Below are positions 1 through 11,514 of a stretch of 64,000 nt of DNA, piece after piece; positions within the stretch are counted from its first letter, which is position 1, and the number at the start of each line of letters is the position of its first letter. The notes beneath the pieces are model-generated. The model did not search any database. It was not told where the DNA came from and was given only the letters and a program-made list of their open reading frames with translations. The DNA is from an uncultured Candidatus Saccharibacteria bacterium. GTDB taxonomy: Bacteria; Patescibacteriota; CALEFQ01. Location: NCBI GenBank assembly GCA_965230955.1, contig OZ246404.1, positions 225,184 to 289,183 on the forward strand. The letters run 5' to 3'. The position numbers were made by a program, and so were the translations under genes.

Positions 1-11
1 CTGGTCCGCTT

Positions 12-2843
12 TTGATTGTGGCCGGCGCCGGGACGGGTAAAACAACGGTGATTACCAGACGCATTGCCTGGCTGATTTTGCATCAGAAGCTCAAAGCCAA
101 TGAAATCTTGGCGCTTACTTTCACGGAAAAGGCGGCGGAGGAAATGGAAACGCGCGTGGATAAGCTTTTACCGCTCGGGTATGAGGACCTGTGGATCCAA
201 ACTTTTCATGAATTCGGTAAAAGAGTCTTGGCCGAAAACGCCCTGGAGATCGGACTTGATCCGCAATTCAAAATTCTGACCCAGACCGATCAGTATCTGT
301 TTTTGCGCCAGCATTTGTTTGAATTCGACCTCGATTATTACCGGCCGCTCGGAAATCCCACCAGATTTATTCAGACGCTGACGAAATTCTTTTCACGCCT
401 TAAAGATGAGGAAGTTGATGAAAAGGAATTTTTGAGGTACGCGCAAAAGCAAGGCAAAAGACAAAAGACCAAAGACAAAGTTACGGAAGAGGAAAAGGAA
501 AACATCGCGAAAACTATCGAGTTAGCGGGGGCGTACAAAAAATATCAGGAGCTGATGCGCAAAGAGAGCTATGTGGATTTCGGAGATTTGATTATGTATA
601 CTCTGCGCCTATTTCGTACCCGGAAAAGCGTCTTGGGCCGATTCCAGAGCCAGTTCAAATATATTTTGGTGGATGAATTTCAGGATACCAATTTTGCCCA
701 GTACCAATTGCTGAAATTGTTGTCGCAGAAAAACGACAATCTGAACGTGGTGGGGGATGACGACCAGTCGATTTATCGTTTCCGCGGGGCGGCGCTTAAC
801 AATATTTTAAATTTCAAAAAACACCACCCGCAGTCGCGAGAAGTCGTTTTGACCACCAATTACCGTTCACTGCCGGGTATTTTGGACGCTTCGTATGATT
901 TGATCCAGGGCAATAATCCCGATCGCCTGGAAACGCGATTGAATATCCAAAAGCAGCTCAAGATAGGGCGCAAGATCAGCGCCGCGGAGAAAAAGATTCG
1001 GCCGACGCTTTTTTGGGAGCCGACGGTGGAGCAGGAAGCGAAAACCGTGGCCGGCGAGATTGTTCGGCTGAAAAAAGAAGCGAAATATGACTGGCGCGAT
1101 TTCGCCATTCTGGTGCGGGCCAATGATCACGCCGAGCCGTTCATCAAAGTCTTGGAACGCGCCGGCCTGCCTTATATGTTTGTCGCTTCCAAGGGGCTCT
1201 ATAGCACGCCGGAAGTGATGGGCTTGATCGCGTATTTGCGGACGCTCAATAATTTTATGGACAGCGTCAGCCTCTACCGCGTGACGCATATGCCGGTGTT
1301 TGATTTTGATCCGCAGGATGTGATTCGTTTGCTTCAGCACGCCAATCGCAAGAGTATCACGCTCTATGAAGCGTTTGACGAGTCGGACGGTATCGCGGGA
1401 ATCAAAGACCAGACCAGGCAATCCCTCAAAAAATTATTGGGACTTCTGAAAAAACAGGTGGACGGCGCTCGGCAGAAAAAAGTCAGCGAAGTATTACTGG
1501 AGTTCTTGAATGAGTCCGGCTATATGGATCGGCTGAAAAAACAAGAAACCCTGGCGGAAGAACAACGTTTCCAGAATGTGGTTGAACTGTTTAAGCGTAT
1601 CCAACAATTTCAGAAAACCGACCGCGACACCCATACCGTCCAGGATTTCGTGGCCGAGTTGGAATTGGCGACCGAGGGGGGAGAGGATCCGGCGCCGGCC
1701 GAAATGCAAGAAGGACCGGATACGATCAAGGTGATGACGGTGCACAAAGCCAAGGGGCTGGAGTTCCCGGTCGTTTTCCTGACTTCGTTGGTCGAGGGCC
1801 ATTTTCCGCCTCAGGAAAAAAGCGATCCGCTGCCGATCCCGGAAGACCTGCTGGAAGAAAAATTGCCGGCCGAATCAAGGGTGCCGGAAGAACGGCGGCT
1901 TTTCTATGTCGGGATGACGCGGGCGAAGGAGCATCTCTATCTGACCGGCGCGGCTGATTACGGCGGAAAACGCCAGCGCAAACTGTCGCGTTTTGTCCGA
2001 GAGATCGAAGAAAAAATCGATATCCGTAAATCCGAAGCCGAAACCGAACTGCTCAGCCAGCAAAAGCTGTTTGTTGCGACCGGGCAGATAACGATCAAAG
2101 CGGAGCATCGCTTGCCGGCCAAATTCAGTTTCACTCAGCTGGAAGCCTTTGAGAAATGTCCGCTACAGTACAAATTCGCGCATATTCTGAAAATTCCGAC
2201 CGAAGGCTCTTTTACTTTCAGCTACGGCAAGAGTTTGCATGAGACCTTGCGCGATTTTTACACGATTGTCATGTCGGGTCGGGTGCCGGCGGAAAAAGAA
2301 TTGCTGAAAATGCTAGAGGAGAATTGGATCAATGAGTGGTATCACAACAAAAAGCATGAGCAGGAAGGGAGAAAAAAAGCCGAGCAGTCTTTGAAAGATT
2401 TCTATCGAAAAAACAAAGACAACTTGGGCCGCCCGCAGTACGTCGAAAAGGAATTCAACATGAAATTGGGCGCCTATGTCCTGCGGGGCAAAATCGACCG
2501 GGTCGATAAACTGGCCGACGGGACGGTGGAGGTGGTGGACTACAAGAGCGGGCACCTGAAAGAATACGAATCGGATACAAAAAGAATGCGCCAGCTGATG
2601 CTCTACGCTCTGGCGTTGAAACAGATTTTCAATTTAAAACCAACCAAGCTGACGCTCTACTACCTGGAAGACAACGAGCCGTATTCGTTGTCGGCGGATA
2701 AATTTGAAAAAAAACTGCCGGAGATCGAGCGGGGCGCGATCGAGGTTTTCGATGAGATCAAGACCAGTAATTTCCCAGCCAAGCCATCGGCTTTTGTCTG
2801 TCAGCACTGCGATTTTCGGATGATATGCCCATATAGGAAATGA
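12..2843 (+). CDS. UvrD/PcrA-family helicase fused to a C-terminal PD-(D/E)XK nuclease domain with four Cys (Cas4/AddB-like). 5' partial: the true start is upstream of the window.
   Basis: Walker A AGAGTGKT at the window edge. UvrD motifs are present (DEFQDT, VGDDDQSIYRFRGA, TVHKAKGLEF). The C-terminus has ...KCPLQYKF...VDYKSG...CQHCDFRMICPY. The ORF ends with TGA. Confidence 0.85.
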   Translation: MIVAGAGTGKTTVITRRIAWLILHQKLKANEILALTFTEKAAEEMETRVDKLLPLGYEDLWIQTFHEFGKRVLAENALEIGLDPQFKILTQTDQYLFLRQHLFEFDLDYYRPLGNPTRFIQTLTKFFSRLKDEEVDEKEFLRYAQKQGKRQKTKDKVTEEEKENIAKTIELAGAYKKYQELMRKESYVDFGDLIMYTLRLFRTRKSVLGRFQSQFKYILVDEFQDTNFAQYQLLKLLSQKNDNLNVVGDDDQSIYRFRGAALNNILNFKKHHPQSREVVLTTNYRSLPGILDASYDLIQGNNPDRLETRLNIQKQLKIGRKISAAEKKIRPTLFWEPTVEQEAKTVAGEIVRLKKEAKYDWRDFAILVRANDHAEPFIKVLERAGLPYMFVASKGLYSTPEVMGLIAYLRTLNNFMDSVSLYRVTHMPVFDFDPQDVIRLLQHANRKSITLYEAFDESDGIAGIKDQTRQSLKKLLGLLKKQVDGARQKKVSEVLLEFLNESGYMDRLKKQETLAEEQRFQNVVELFKRIQQFQKTDRDTHTVQDFVAELELATEGGEDPAPAEMQEGPDTIKVMTVHKAKGLEFPVVFLTSLVEGHFPPQEKSDPLPIPEDLLEEKLPAESRVPEERRLFYVGMTRAKEHLYLTGAADYGGKRQRKLSRFVREIEEKIDIRKSEAETELLSQQKLFVATGQITIKAEHRLPAKFSFTQLEAFEKCPLQYKFAHILKIPTEGSFTFSYGKSLHETLRDFYTIVMSGRVPAEKELLKMLEENWINEWYHNKKHEQEGRKKAEQSLKDFYRKNKDNLGRPQYVEKEFNMKLGAYVLRGKIDRVDKLADGTVEVVDYKSGHLKEYESDTKRMRQLMLYALALKQIFNLKPTKLTLYYLEDNEPYSLSADKFEKKLPEIERGAIEVFDEIKTSNFPAKPSAFVCQHCDFRMICPYRK

Positions 2844-2865
2844 AATTTAAAATCCAAAAACATAA

Positions 2866-2950
2866 AGTTTAAAACAAATCAAAAATCAAAAGCTAAAAGC
2901 ACCTTACATTTTAATTTTTAACTTCTTTTAGATTTTAGTTTTTAAGCTTT
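2866..2950. repeat. AT-rich imperfect inverted repeat built from short tandem units (aaatcaaaaatcaaaagctaaaag / cttttagattttagtttttaagcttt).
   Basis: Read directly from the sequence. Member of the intergenic repeat-hairpin family. Confidence 0.4.
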
Positions 2951-2961
2951 ACATTTTCTGC

Positions 2962-2967
2962 TATAAT
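2962..2967 (+). promoter_or_regulatory. -10 TATAAT box 6 nt upstream of the ATG at 2974, suggesting a leaderless transcript.
   Basis: gctTATAATgtatttATG; there is no room for an RBS. Confidence 0.3.
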
Positions 2968-2973
2968 GTATTT

Positions 2974-3342
2974 ATGTCCCTCAAGCTCTACCTTCTATTA
3001 TTGTTAGCGGTTACCCTGGTCTGCTGGGGGCTTTTCGCCTTTATCCTCTTCAGCGTTGATCCGGAAGGTGGTAAACTGCCGGTAATCGCTTTTTATGCCG
3101 TGCTGGGATTTGCGGCCATGGGGACTTTTGCCCTGGCCGGCTATGCCATTCGCTCCAAAATGAGCCGAGGCGAAGAATTATATGCCAATCTGGGGATTTC
3201 GTTGCGACAGGGTTTGCTCCTGTCGATCGGCTTGCTCGGGGTGCTCTTGCTCCAGTCGATTCGTTTGCTGAATTGGTGGGACGGGTGTCTCTTGGTCGGC
3301 TTTCTGGTTTTGTTGGAATTTTTCTTTTTGTCGAGGAAGTAG
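2974..3342 (+). CDS. small hydrophobic membrane protein (3-4 TM), function unknown
   Basis: ORF is strongly hydrophobic (LLLLLAVTLVCWGLFAFILF...). It sits directly after the -10 box. Confidence 0.45.
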   Translation: MSLKLYLLLLLAVTLVCWGLFAFILFSVDPEGGKLPVIAFYAVLGFAAMGTFALAGYAIRSKMSRGEELYANLGISLRQGLLLSIGLLGVLLLQSIRLLNWWDGCLLVGFLVLLEFFFLSRK

Positions 3343-3383
3343 ATAAGATGTAAGAAGTAAGATATAAGATATAAGATATAAGA
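3341..3383. repeat. tandem heptamer array (ATAAGAT x about 5) abutting the pheS start codon
   Basis: agataagatgtaagaagtaagatataagatataagatataagaATG. Confidence 0.5.
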
Positions 3384-4406
3384 ATGGAAGAAGAATTAAA
3401 AAAATATTTAGCTGAGGCGCTGGGGCGGATAGAGACCGCGGGGAGCGAAGACGCCTTGGAAAAACTGCGCGTGGAATATCTCGGCCGCAAAGGGCGGGTG
3501 AGCTTGCTTTTGCGCCAGGTCAAGGATTTGACGATTGATGAAAAGAAAAAAATCGGCGCGCTGGGCAATGAGATCCGCCAAAAATTAGAGGCGTCGATCA
3601 TCGCCAAGAAAAGCGGACTATCTTTGGCCAAATATAAAAATCTGGCTCAATCGGAGTGGATTGATGTGACGGAGAAGGGAACAGCGCCGAATTACGGCAC
3701 ACTTCATCCCATTTCCCAGGTAATTTATGACATGATCGATATTTTCACTTCCATGGGCTATGAAACGGTCTCGGGCCCGGAAGTGGAAACAGACTATTAT
3801 TGTTTCGAAGCGCTCAACATGCCGCCCGGACATCCGGCGCGCGACATGCAGGATACTTTTTATCTAAAAAACGGTTTGGTCCCGCGGACGCATACTTCTG
3901 CGGTTCAAATTCGCTATATGGAAAAACATAAGCCGCCATTTCGAATCATCGCTCCGGGGCGCGTTTATCGTAATGAAAAAGAGGATGCCACCCATACTTC
4001 GGTTTTCACGCAACTGGAAGGGCTGGTGGTAGGTGAGGATATCACTTTTGCTGATTTGAAAGGCACTTTGATTAAGGCGGTCAAAGCCGTGGCCGGTCAG
4101 GACAAGCAGGTCCGTTTCCGTCCGTCTTTCTTCCCGTATACCGAGCCTTCCGCCGAGATTGATATGTCCTGCATGCGTTGCGGGGGAAAAGGTTGTCCCG
4201 TTTGTAAAAACAGCGGCTGGGTTGAATTGGGGGGGAGCGGGATGGTTCATCCCCAGGTTTTCAAAAATGTCGGCTACGACCCGGAAAAAATTCAGGGTTT
4301 TGCTTTTGGTTTTGGTCCGGATCGAGTCAAGTCGATGAAGCACAGTATAAAAGACGCGCGATTATATTATCAGAACGATTTAAGATTCTTGCGGCAATTT
4401 TATTAA
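3384..4406 (+). CDS. pheS: phenylalanine--tRNA ligase alpha subunit
   Basis: Class II aaRS motifs are present (FRPSFFPYTEPSAE, GWVELGGSGMVHP). Confidence 0.95.
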   Translation: MEEELKKYLAEALGRIETAGSEDALEKLRVEYLGRKGRVSLLLRQVKDLTIDEKKKIGALGNEIRQKLEASIIAKKSGLSLAKYKNLAQSEWIDVTEKGTAPNYGTLHPISQVIYDMIDIFTSMGYETVSGPEVETDYYCFEALNMPPGHPARDMQDTFYLKNGLVPRTHTSAVQIRYMEKHKPPFRIIAPGRVYRNEKEDATHTSVFTQLEGLVVGEDITFADLKGTLIKAVKAVAGQDKQVRFRPSFFPYTEPSAEIDMSCMRCGGKGCPVCKNSGWVELGGSGMVHPQVFKNVGYDPEKIQGFAFGFGPDRVKSMKHSIKDARLYYQNDLRFLRQFY

Positions 4407-4446
4407 TAATTCAAAATTAATAATGCAAAATGCATAATTAAGCATT

Positions 4447-4824
4447 TTGTCGGGAGGGTCTATGTCTCAAAGGGGGGAGAATATTAGGTTGAGGAGTAAG
4501 AAATTTGCTCTTAATGTCCTAAGGTTGGTTAGGATGTTTCCCCGGTGCCAGGAAGGGAAAGTTATCGGACAGCAGTTGTTAAGAGCATCAATGTCGATCG
4601 GAGCAAATTTATTTGAAGCTTCGGCGGCAAGAAGTAGAATCGAGTTTTGCAGTATCTTGAACATTTCTTTGAAAGAGGGGGTAGAAACACGATATTGGCT
4701 AGAAATGGCCTTGGGCGCAGGATTGGTTAAAGATCATGATAGCGCGAAAATATCAGACGAATTGAACCAGATCTGCCGTATCATTACTACGATTGTTTTA
4801 AAAACCAAGCAACTTGCCAAATAA
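4447..4824 (+). CDS. four-helix-bundle protein of the 23S rRNA intervening-sequence protein family; the ATG at 4462 preceded by GGGAGGG is the likely start
   Basis: Matches the family signature (NIRLRSKKFALNVLRLVRMFP...QLLRASMSIGANLFEA...EFCSILNISLKEGVETRYWLEMA). Confidence 0.7.
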   Translation: MSGGSMSQRGENIRLRSKKFALNVLRLVRMFPRCQEGKVIGQQLLRASMSIGANLFEASAARSRIEFCSILNISLKEGVETRYWLEMALGAGLVKDHDSAKISDELNQICRIITTIVLKTKQLAK

Positions 4825-4859
4825 TTTTACATTTTGAATTCTGCATTTTGAATTAACCT

Positions 4860-7277
4860 ATGAAAATTGTCTACAGTTGGCTAAGAGATTACGTGGCGAC
4901 AGATAAGACTCCTGAAGAAATCAAGGAGCTTTTGACTTTTCATGTCGCGGAAGTGGAATCGGTTCAGCCGGTAGGGGCAATGGCCAATGTGGTGGTGGGC
5001 AAAGTGTTAAACGTCAGGTCACATCCCAACGCTGATAAATTACATCTGACGACGGTTGATATTGGCGGTGAGGCGCCCTTAGAAATAGTGTGCGGTGCAC
5101 CGAATGTAGCTGTTGGCCAGTTAGTCCCGGTCGCTCTGCCCGGTGCGGTTCTGCCCGGCGGATTTAAGATTGAAAAGCGGGCGGTGCGGGGAGAGATGTC
5201 GGACGGCATGATTTGCGCCGAGGATGAACTGGGCCTGGGAAAAAATCACGAGGGTATTATGGTTTTGCCGGCTACTTATAAAATCGGTGATACTTTTTCT
5301 CCGGCGGGTGGCGACACGGTAATTGATGTCTCGATCATGCCCAATCGGCCGGATCTGATGTCGCATCTCGGCGTGGCGCGCGAACTGGCGGCGTTGGAAA
5401 AGAAAGCCGTCCGCGTCAAAGATTATCCGTCGCTTCCGGGCGCGGAAAATATCCTGAACGTGAAAATCGAAGACCAAAAGATCTGCCCGCGGTATTCGGC
5501 CTGGTTGATCGGCGGCATAAAAATCGGTCCCTCCCCGGAATGGATACAGAAGCGATTAATGGCGGTCGGCTTGCGGCCGATCAATAATGTCGTCGACCTG
5601 ACCAATTATTTAATGTATGACGTCGGCCAGCCGTTGCACGCTTTTGATTTTGACAAAGTGGCCGGCGGCCGGATGGTGGTGCGCGGGGCGCGCGAGGGCG
5701 AAGTTGTCGTGACGCTGGATGGCGGAAAACGATCATTGAAAAAGGGCATGCCGATCATTCAAGACAATGAAAAACTGATTGACCTGGCCGGAATTATGGG
5801 CGGGCAAAACAGCGAGGTCGGTGATTCGACGACGACGATAGTCTTACAGGCTGCGAATTTCGACGGAATCGCGATTCGGCAGGCTTCCCGAGCGCTGGGA
5901 CATCGCACTGACGCTTCCGGTATTTATGAAAAAAACATTGATCCTAATTTGACTTGGCCGACTTTGGCCAAAGGATTTTCTTTGTTGAAAGAAATGATCC
6001 CGACCGCGACCGTGCGGCAAGTGATTGATCTGTCGGCGGTAAAAGTCGAGCCGAGGAAGATTGAGATGGAGGCTATCCGGGTCAATAAATTTTTGGGCAC
6101 GTCTTTGACGGAGCGAGAAATCGTCGAGGCGCTGACCAGCCTGAATTTATCGGTGGCGGGCGAAAAACAATTAACCGTGAAGGTGCCGACCTATCGCCGC
6201 GATTTATCTTTGCCCCAGGATTTGATTGAAGAAGTGGCGCGCTATATCGGCTACGATAAAATTCCGGCCAAACTGCCGATGGGCGAACTGGTGCCGCCGC
6301 CGAAAAATTGGGAACTATACTGGGAAAAGAAAGCCAAAAGGATTTTGGTGGGCTGCGGTTTTTCCGAGGTGGTTAATTATTCTTTCAATAGCCGGGAAGA
6401 AATCGCCGAGCTGGGTTTGGATCTGGAAGAATACTTGGAAGTCGCCAATCCGATCAGTCCCGACAACGCCTATATGCGGGCCAGCTTGATTCCGAATGTT
6501 TTGAAAAATGTCAGAAATAATCTGAAAGAATTCCCCGCCTTTTCTCTGTTCGAACTCGGCCATGTGTTTTACCAGCTGCAAAATGCGGCGGGGGAGCGGG
6601 GTATCGCGGAACAGCCTAAGCTCTGCGGTGTGATTGTCGACAAAAAAATGGAATCGCATTCGCCTTTACGCAGTCCGCTATTTCTCCAAGCCAAAGGCGT
6701 GGTGGAGTTGTTGTTGCGCCATTTCGGCTATGATCAAGATGCCGGTGATTATATGCATTTCGATATTCATTCCCGGGCATTTCACCCCGGGCGCGTGGCC
6801 GTGATTCGGGTGCCCGTCAAAGGAGATGGTGAATTGGCCGGATCGGTTCACGAGGATATCGGTTATGTCGGCGAAGTTCATCCGGCCTTGCTCCAGGCTT
6901 ACGGCATCAAGGCGGAAGTGATGCTGTTTGATCTCGATTTTGACAAGCTTAGCCGTCTCGCGACCGAAAAACGCTCCGTCAAGGATATCGGAAAATTTCC
7001 GGCAGTCACGCTGGATGTGGCGCTGGTGGTTGATCTGAAGGTGCTGACCAGCGAAATTGAAAACGCTCTCGGCGACGCCGGCGGTGACATGCTGGAAAAT
7101 GTGGAATTATTTGATGTTTATGAGGGGAAAAATTTGCCGGACGGCAAGAAAAGTTTGGCTTTCCATTTGGCTTATCGTTTGCCGGATCGGACGCTGACCG
7201 ATGAGGTGGTGCAAGCCCAACACGAAAAAGTTTTGGCGGCGGTGAAAAATAAATTCGGGGCGGAGGTAAGAAAGTAA
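4860..7277 (+). CDS. pheT: phenylalanine--tRNA ligase beta subunit
   Basis: N-terminal tRNA-binding domain (VVGKVLNVRSHPNADKLHLTTVDIG). B3/4 and B5 regions are present. Length 805 aa. Confidence 0.95.
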   Translation: MKIVYSWLRDYVATDKTPEEIKELLTFHVAEVESVQPVGAMANVVVGKVLNVRSHPNADKLHLTTVDIGGEAPLEIVCGAPNVAVGQLVPVALPGAVLPGGFKIEKRAVRGEMSDGMICAEDELGLGKNHEGIMVLPATYKIGDTFSPAGGDTVIDVSIMPNRPDLMSHLGVARELAALEKKAVRVKDYPSLPGAENILNVKIEDQKICPRYSAWLIGGIKIGPSPEWIQKRLMAVGLRPINNVVDLTNYLMYDVGQPLHAFDFDKVAGGRMVVRGAREGEVVVTLDGGKRSLKKGMPIIQDNEKLIDLAGIMGGQNSEVGDSTTTIVLQAANFDGIAIRQASRALGHRTDASGIYEKNIDPNLTWPTLAKGFSLLKEMIPTATVRQVIDLSAVKVEPRKIEMEAIRVNKFLGTSLTEREIVEALTSLNLSVAGEKQLTVKVPTYRRDLSLPQDLIEEVARYIGYDKIPAKLPMGELVPPPKNWELYWEKKAKRILVGCGFSEVVNYSFNSREEIAELGLDLEEYLEVANPISPDNAYMRASLIPNVLKNVRNNLKEFPAFSLFELGHVFYQLQNAAGERGIAEQPKLCGVIVDKKMESHSPLRSPLFLQAKGVVELLLRHFGYDQDAGDYMHFDIHSRAFHPGRVAVIRVPVKGDGELAGSVHEDIGYVGEVHPALLQAYGIKAEVMLFDLDFDKLSRLATEKRSVKDIGKFPAVTLDVALVVDLKVLTSEIENALGDAGGDMLENVELFDVYEGKNLPDGKKSLAFHLAYRLPDRTLTDEVVQAQHEKVLAAVKNKFGAEVRK

Positions 7278-7278
7278 A

Positions 7279-7332
7279 AGATATTAAGAATATTAAGAGT
7301 ATTAAGATATTAAGATATTAAGATATTAAGAG
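7279..7332. repeat. tandem octamer array (NTATTAAG x about 6) just after the pheT stop
   Basis: aagatattaagaatattaagagtattaagatattaagatattaagatattaagag. Confidence 0.6.
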
Positions 7333-7365
7333 GGCGGCGATGAGCGGCTCTCTTTTTTAACGCAA

Positions 7366-7404
7366 AAAAAAGACCGTGTGATCATCGAGGGCATGATGAC
7401 ACGG
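7366..7404 (-). terminator. intrinsic terminator for the minus-strand gene ending at 7418
   Basis: Hairpin gaccgtgtgatcat/atgatgacacggtc (one mismatch). It is followed by TTTTTTTT when read on the minus strand. Confidence 0.55.
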
Positions 7405-7417
7405 TCAGAGTGAAAGT

Positions 7418-8677
7418 TTAGCGCATGATTCGGTTGAAAATGGCGCGGAAGCTTTCTCGGTCCAGTTTGGATTGCTCGGAGCATCGCCAGAGGAGGTAAT
7501 TGGCATTACCGTTGAGGCGGTACCAGCCGGCGACGTTTCCCATGGCTGCCAGGTCGTCGGTTTCGCCAGGCAGATGTCCCATTTCTTTCATTTCTTCATG
7601 GCGGATGTCGGCGACCAGCCTGTCGACCGGGAAATTCGATCCGGTATTCCAGAATACCGCGATTTCATCAGTGCGCGGATTGTGCTGGACGAGAACACCT
7701 CGGCATTTGCGAAATTTCATTGCCTTGTGGAGATCAGGGTTGGAATGTGACAGGCACACCAGTGCGAGGCCGCGCTGTCGTGGAGTATCTTTGACCGCTT
7801 GGTCAAAGACCGCGAGGGCGAGATCGAATCGTTGTTGTCCCATGGCTGCCTGCTGGAGGAAAAACTTGATGGCGGACAGGACTTCGAAGCGTGTCTGTTG
7901 ATTGAGGTTCGGAAAATGCTGGAGTCGAGCCAGGAGTGCAGCCGGGTGGAACCCGAATTTGTCGAGGCGCCGGCACTTCCGATCGGTGGCGAAAAACCCG
8001 CCGTATTCTTGGAGCTTCTTCATGATGCGGATTGAGGTGTCGATTTGATGCTTCTCAGCCCACTGGATCAACATATGATTGAATTCCGGGATGTGGTTGG
8101 CGTGCACAGGGCGGTCTGATGGTGTGCGGGTTCGCATTTCTGCTTCGGCCAAGATAATGTTGGTCAGATGGTCAAAATAGACTTGGTCTGACGCTTCATT
8201 GTTCTTGGCTTCTTTGGCCATGTCGGCCCAGTGCCAGAAAAACGGGGCGCCGGTTTCGGCGCGGAAGTCCACGCTGTGGGTGGTATCCACCATTCGCACA
8301 TATTCCACCATTTCGTGCAGAGGCAAGTGGGCAGGAATATTGAGAAAGTTCCAGGCCAACGAGGCGGAGCACTGTTTTTCTGTTGCGTCACGATTCAGGG
8401 CGTGCTCATCGAACAGGCTTCCGCAGATCCCAACAGGAATGACGCCATCCAGCATGAGAGTTCGCCAGTCCAGTTTCGATATTTCATTGTGGCTGACGAA
8501 ATTCACCGTGGCGTTTCTGATTTCCGGGAAAATCCTATTCCCGTACCTGCTACGGAGGAGAGTACACGCCAGAATCTCATCAAAATGAGGTCCAACGTGC
8601 GTGAGTAGCGCCGTCCATTTTATGGACGACAAAGAGATCCCGAGCGCTTGTTCGAGCGCTTGTTTGGTCCAAGGCAT
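7418..8677 (-). CDS. putative metal-dependent hydrolase resembling the MYG1/UPF0160 family (tentative)
   Basis: N-terminal LTHVGPHFDEILACTLL resembles the MYG1 T-H-x-G-x-F-H-x-D-E-x-L-A-C motif, recalled from memory. RBS GGAAGGAGGA lies upstream. Confidence 0.35.
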   Translation of the reverse strand: MPWTKQALEQALGISLSSIKWTALLTHVGPHFDEILACTLLRSRYGNRIFPEIRNATVNFVSHNEISKLDWRTLMLDGVIPVGICGSLFDEHALNRDATEKQCSASLAWNFLNIPAHLPLHEMVEYVRMVDTTHSVDFRAETGAPFFWHWADMAKEAKNNEASDQVYFDHLTNIILAEAEMRTRTPSDRPVHANHIPEFNHMLIQWAEKHQIDTSIRIMKKLQEYGGFFATDRKCRRLDKFGFHPAALLARLQHFPNLNQQTRFEVLSAIKFFLQQAAMGQQRFDLALAVFDQAVKDTPRQRGLALVCLSHSNPDLHKAMKFRKCRGVLVQHNPRTDEIAVFWNTGSNFPVDRLVADIRHEEMKEMGHLPGETDDLAAMGNVAGWYRLNGNANYLLWRCSEQSKLDRESFRAIFNRIMR

Positions 8678-8878
8678 TTGTAATCCTCCTTCCTTGGAAT
8701 TTTGGTGAAGAACAAACGACTCGCCGAAGCGGGCCGGAGCGAGATCTTTCTCGCACCCCGCTGCCGATATTTCTATCTCGGCAATGGGGTGGGGAAAATG
8801 TGCCAGCCAAGAGGGTAAGTCTTGGCTGGAATGATCGACTGCTGGCGATAGGCGGGGCTCACTTTTCTGTATGGGATT

Positions 8879-9064
8879 TTAGGAGTGATCAGCCATCAGG
8901 GTGATGATAACGTATAAAGCTGATAACACTGCAACGCTACCTACTATTGCCGCACCGCTGGTATTAGCCGGCATGTCTTTGGTCAAGTAGCCAACGGTTG
9001 GTATGGCTGCTATCGCAGATACCACAAAACTGATCGTCAAAAATATTCTTGTTCTTGCCTGCAT
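8879..9064 (-). CDS. small membrane protein (61 aa)
   Basis: Two hydrophobic segments. A strong RBS AAGGAGG lies 6 nt upstream of the ATG. Confidence 0.4.
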   Translation of the reverse strand: MQARTRIFLTISFVVSAIAAIPTVGYLTKDMPANTSGAAIVGSVAVLSALYVIITLMADHS

Positions 9065-9283
9065 GATTTTCCTCCTTTCCTGAATTCAGGACTCGAAATC
9101 GTAGCACGTAATGGCCATTATGTCAATGCCAGGGCGTTTTTGTGGCTTTCGGGTCTATGCTCGCAATCCACATTTTCACCTTTACAAAGGACAAAATAGA
9201 TGCTAAATTGAAGGTAGTTAATTAGCCAATTTTTACTTTAATTTAAGCCAAAAGAGTTGGGGCGGGACTCTTTATTTTATTGA

Positions 9284-11426
<2,143 letters not shown>

Positions 11427-11435
11427 ACCGAAGAC

Positions 11436-11464
11436 TTGCCAACCATTTCAAGTTAGTCTATAAT
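11436..11464 (+). promoter_or_regulatory. sigma70-like promoter for secE-nusG-rplK
   Basis: TTGCCA - 17 nt spacer - TATAAT. RBS AAGAGGA precedes the secE ATG. Confidence 0.45.
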
Positions 11465-11514
11465 GGTCTTAGTAAGGTTTCGGGTCTCCGAGGCCTTTTA
11501 AAGAGGATAAAAAA

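Noticed and set aside
3050-3631. 193-aa minus-strand ORF
   Set aside because: Overlaps both the membrane-protein gene and the pheS start on the opposite strand. Low-complexity Ser/Arg-rich translation.
7279-7332. Possible CRISPR array (tandem repeats)
   Set aside because: The units are only 7-8 nt, directly tandem with no spacers, and there are no cas genes. They are short tandem repeats, not CRISPR.
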